Source: a bacterium (GTDB lineage: Bacteria > JAHJDO01). Taken from it: a DNA stretch of 64,000 nucleotides. The stretch is from NCBI GenBank assembly GCA_043824255.1, contig JBDRTG010000029.1:1-64000 (forward strand), read 5' to 3'. Each line of letters opens with the position of its first letter. Position 1 is the first letter of the stretch. Positions 60,506 to 64,000 of the stretch are shown piece after piece. The translations under genes were made by a program, and so were the position numbers. A model generated the notes under the pieces. The model saw nothing but the letters and a program-made list of their open reading frames with translations. It made no database searches and was not told the origin of the DNA.

Positions 60506-62860
60506 TTACTTCACTTCCTTCCATGTATAGTTAAAAACAACTGCTCCGGGAAGAGCGTTCTCATCCCGGCGGTTGCGTCTGAATGTTCTCGCGTCATAAG
60601 TAACTCTTAGATTGGATATAGGACTGGTGGTGTTTATCTTAATGCCGTGCTTGGCAGTTAGATTTCCAATAATATTTAAATTGGTATAATCCTCTTCCTC
60701 CAATCTAAAGAAACGATTGGAATGAATGCAGGCATAGATATCCGGTGGAGAAGGAGTGGGCTTAATATAGATTTGCTTGGCAAAGTGACAATTGTCATTG
60801 GTAGTAACATATAGGTTATACCACCAGCTCGTGGTCAGACTGGGAAGAGTAAATCTACAAGTAATATAGGTACCATCATTGACCTCACCAATCGGGGAGC
60901 GGTTCCAGGTAGAAAGGGTATAGTTACTCAATTGAATCCCTGAAATTGTAGTGAAAGAAGTCTTAGCTTTGATTTTAAGATAGACAGTTCCTCCGTTATC
61001 AAACCCGCTTGTCTCTTCAGTAAAACCTGAATCCTCATAACATCTGATGGAATTTTGGGGCTCAGAAGGCCCCCCTCTAATAAAATAAGCAAGAGCTTTC
61101 CTTCTCGCCTGAGTATCAGGATTTTCCCAACTTCTTCTGGTAATTCCCACTCGAAAGTAATACCAGTCATCGGCTGGCAAAGCGCTGGTATGAAATCTGT
61201 AGGAATGGTCACGACGGCGGGCACCGCCATTCATAGGTATTTCACCACTATCATAAGTTCCATCATAGTTGAATCCCCTTAAGAAACCATATCCATTATA
61301 CCCATGATCAAAACTTATAGTAATATACTCATTATCAAAAGTAAGTTTGCTCGTTCCGGAATCATCCTGAATATCTAATTCTATACTTCCCTCTGTATAA
61401 GGAGGCTCAACAATCAAGTCTTCCTGTTTATACTTGGTATCATAAAAAGAAACTAATGCCAAGTTAGTTCTATTTCCAGAGGCTGGTTCAATGGGGCCTG
61501 TAATCGTGATATCTCCTCCTCCTGAAACAATCGTCCCTGTTCCAACTCTCCCGGTATTTCCCGGGCGATGGTATTCTACATTTCCAATCGTTACCTTCCC
61601 TTCCACATAGATAAGGGCTGGACTCGATGATCCGCCTAATTGCACTAAATCGGTAAAGGTAGCGTCTCCAGGATGATAGTTTCCTTGGGCAATTGCCCTT
61701 TCCCGATAATAGTCGCGAGTAACATCATCTAAATATGGAGGAGTAATCGGATCAACATTGTCCTCCTTTCCTCTTCTCCATGGGTTTCCAATCCAGTTTT
61801 CTGTGGTACTTTCTCCAGCAGAATAAACACGTCCATCAACTACCCAGCCGCTTCCATCCTTGAAGAGAATATCATTATTGGAATGAACATCAGCATCGCC
61901 GTCGTTATCATTTCTGGTAGAAAGATTATATTTACTTGCATCAAAGAGAAGGGTAATGGTATCTGTCAATTGGGCTTCTGTTAAGTTAGCGGAGGTTCCC
62001 GAATCGTAAATTGCTTTATAGATATCCCCGCCTGCAGCCACCGCTGTCATATCACTTGGATTATCAATTACGGTAATGGTGGTGGCAGTATTGCCAATAA
62101 TGGTAAAGAGCTTCTCCTGACTGGTATTGGGATTCAGGTCCCTGCCTTTTAAGATATCTTCTGTCCAATTGGCGCTGTTATCGGTTAATATCGTGGCAGT
62201 AAGACTGCTTGATGTTCCCTGCGCGTAAATAGCGTAAGGGTCCCCTACGCCAGCCACAGCGGTCATCCCGCCTGAGGTAGTAATGGTGTTTGCGGTATTC
62301 GCTGTAATAGTGAAATCCGTTGTCTGTCCTGTGTTAGGATTGAGCTTTAGATGGACTAACTTATCAGCCGGCCAGGACGGACTGCTGGCATTGTCGGTAT
62401 AGATAGCGTAGTTATAGACAGGATGCGCTCCTTCTACAATGCCGTAGCTTCCTTTAATCTTTACCACACGCATTGAGCGGTAATTGTCTTTTTGCGGAAC
62501 ATAGCCTCTGGAGATTACAATCTTTTCATCATCCACCTCATCGTCATAGACCTCTAATGTGTAGGTTCCTGAACCCAACTGTTTCTCAGAGGTTTCGGCG
62601 GTAATCCATAAATTATCCTGAGTAGTGAGATACCAGACAGCATACTGCCTGCCAGCTTCAGCGATCTGCAAAGCCTGCTGAGACGCTAAAAAATTGACCT
62701 TGCCAGCGCTTTGCGTGGAAAAAAGAGGACATATTACAAGTCCCAGAAGAGAGAAAAGAATCAGAACAAAAACAGCCATAAGCGCCGCTACGCCGTTTCT
62801 ATTGAATATTGTGGAATCTTTTACCTTCGGATTTCGGATTTCGGATTTCGGATTTTTCAT
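60506..62860 (-). CDS. Large PilX-like minor pilin / adhesin with internal repeats
   Basis: G^VAALMAVF hydrophobic N-terminus, QALQIAEAG, terminal WKE. Confidence 0.72.
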   Translation of the reverse strand: MKNPKSEIRNPKVKDSTIFNRNGVAALMAVFVLILFSLLGLVICPLFSTQSAGKVNFLASQQALQIAEAGRQYAVWYLTTQDNLWITAETSEKQLGSGTYTLEVYDDEVDDEKIVISRGYVPQKDNYRSMRVVKIKGSYGIVEGAHPVYNYAIYTDNASSPSWPADKLVHLKLNPNTGQTTDFTITANTANTITTSGGMTAVAGVGDPYAIYAQGTSSSLTATILTDNSANWTEDILKGRDLNPNTSQEKLFTIIGNTATTITVIDNPSDMTAVAAGGDIYKAIYDSGTSANLTEAQLTDTITLLFDASKYNLSTRNDNDGDADVHSNNDILFKDGSGWVVDGRVYSAGESTTENWIGNPWRRGKEDNVDPITPPYLDDVTRDYYRERAIAQGNYHPGDATFTDLVQLGGSSSPALIYVEGKVTIGNVEYHRPGNTGRVGTGTIVSGGGDITITGPIEPASGNRTNLALVSFYDTKYKQEDLIVEPPYTEGSIELDIQDDSGTSKLTFDNEYITISFDHGYNGYGFLRGFNYDGTYDSGEIPMNGGARRRDHSYRFHTSALPADDWYYFRVGITRRSWENPDTQARRKALAYFIRGGPSEPQNSIRCYEDSGFTEETSGFDNGGTVYLKIKAKTSFTTISGIQLSNYTLSTWNRSPIGEVNDGTYITCRFTLPSLTTSWWYNLYVTTNDNCHFAKQIYIKPTPSPPDIYACIHSNRFFRLEEEDYTNLNIIGNLTAKHGIKINTTSPISNLRVTYDARTFRRNRRDENALPGAVVFNYTWKEVK

Positions 62861-63393
62861 TTCAGGTTCCTCGGATAGACTTGAGACTGCAATGCTATCT
62901 CTTCGTCTCCTTTTTTAATAGTAAGGTTTATTTGAATTCTTTTAATATTTGCTGGAATTGCAACCGGAGTAGATAGGACAATGTTATCTTTGTCTCTATA
63001 TTGAAACTGTAAGGTAGTCAAATCAGAGGAAGCTAAACCGTCATCGTTGCGTTTGATAGTGTTACTATCCAGCCAGAACCTGATCCGCTCCTGATAAGCA
63101 TCCTCAAAATCTATTTCATGGGCATCAGCAGTATAAATGCTTTCTGCATCTTCAATCTGCCTGATCTCTCTTGACATTCTTCCCATAGCTAATTCGCCAT
63201 CAGATAAAACAACTTCTCTTACAGTTACGAAACTGTACACGTTCATCACTTGCAATAACAGCATCGCAGTAATGCCCGCTATTATGCCTGTTATTACAAT
63301 TACCATGATGAGTTCAATTATTGTAAAAGCTTTGGAATTAGGAATTAGTCTTTTTGATTTTCGGATTTCGGATTTCGGATTTCGGATTTGCAT
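62857..63393 (-). CDS. Prepilin-type (PilW/GspJ-like) protein
   Basis: KA^FTIIELIMVIVI N-methylation motif. Confidence 0.85.
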   Translation of the reverse strand: MQIRNPKSEIRKSKRLIPNSKAFTIIELIMVIVITGIIAGITAMLLLQVMNVYSFVTVREVVLSDGELAMGRMSREIRQIEDAESIYTADAHEIDFEDAYQERIRFWLDSNTIKRNDDGLASSDLTTLQFQYRDKDNIVLSTPVAIPANIKRIQINLTIKKGDEEIALQSQVYPRNLK

Positions 63394-63396
63394 TTT

Positions 63397-63852
63397 TCAG
63401 TATCCTTGCATTACTGTAACCAATTCTATATCTCCTATCTGAGTATGGCTAATCGTTACAATAATCTTCTTGAAATCGGTAGGACCTGTTACTTCTGTAT
63501 TTAAATCTCCAGGTTCAACATAATAGACATCTACAGAACTGCTGTAATTTGGATAGCCGCTAATGGGATCTTCACTATATCCCTTAAAATCATCAACATC
63601 ATCATAATCATCTCTGGTTGCTTCTTCAGGACCTAATGTTACTGTCCACGGAGGATCCGTGTTCTCGTCGTATCTTTTACTCTCTATTTCTTCAATTAAA
63701 TCCTGGCCTAAAAGAGTAGCCGTGGGGACAAACTGTCCTTCAGCGCTCTTAGCGACTACATTGCTAAACATAATAAGAAGGGGCAGCATAGCTATAGAAA
63801 GAACCACTATTACTATAATTATCTCTATTAGAGTCATTCCACGATTTTTCAT
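63397..63852 (-). CDS. Prepilin-type (PilV/MshD-like) protein
   Basis: RG^MTLIEIIIVIVV; DDVDDF. Confidence 0.85.
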   Translation of the reverse strand: MKNRGMTLIEIIIVIVVLSIAMLPLLIMFSNVVAKSAEGQFVPTATLLGQDLIEEIESKRYDENTDPPWTVTLGPEEATRDDYDDVDDFKGYSEDPISGYPNYSSSVDVYYVEPGDLNTEVTGPTDFKKIIVTISHTQIGDIELVTVMQGY

Positions 63853-63853
63853 C

Positions 63854-64000
63854 TTACTTCACTAGTTCTATCTTTCCCGTATTAGGAGTTACCTGTATAG
63901 AAATTTGCTCACCACTACATTTTAGCACTACCTCGCCAGTTGCTGCTAACGGAGTATCTGATGCGTCAGAGGGCGTGCCAAAGCAGTCAAATCTTACTTC
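63854..64000 (-). CDS. 3' end of a probable FimT/GspH-like pilin (partial)
   Basis: EVRFDCFGTP...IQVTPNTGKIELVK-stop, abutting next pilin. Confidence 0.55.
   Translation of the reverse strand, partial: EVRFDCFGTPSDASDTPLAATGEVVLKCSGEQISIQVTPNTGKIELVK

Overview
Low-GC bacterial window. It is diderm (porin, secretin); a PVC/candidate-phylum origin such as Omnitrophota-like is only a guess. It reads as a patchwork of modules joined at Tn3-like ends. (1) 1-0.7 kb: RHH/PIN toxin-antitoxin. (2) 0.7-11.4 kb: phosphate module (phoBR, metallophosphoesterase, CBS-GGDEF cyclase, porin, pstSCAB-phoU) with three Pho-box arrays, bounded by truncated genes. (3) 11.4-18.5 kb: stacked transposon ends, broken genes and an intact Tn3-family transposon with 53-bp IRs, an atypical tyrosine recombinase, TnpA and a serine resolvase. 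(4) 18.5-20.8 kb: ABC/TPR genes. (5) 21.1-46.2 kb, the most striking feature: a NifA/AnfA-type sigma54 activator, TAC-N6-GTA boxes and a -24/-12 promoter ahead of a tightly packed 19-gene, 23-kb run. The run holds GS, a split GOGAT and only the nitrogen-donating or glutamate-using steps of otherwise unrelated pathways (nadE, carAB, murI, purF, pyrG, guaA, purSQL, hisHF, glmS). (6) 46.2-49.9 kb: internally deleted Tn3 relic, AbiE-like TA and a triple stack of transposon ends. (7) 50-64 kb: type IV pilus/T2SS-like cluster with PilZ and GGDEF genes and foreign genes inserted between diverged direct duplications. No rRNA, tRNA or CRISPR array recognised. All calls come from motif reading by eye; no searches were run.
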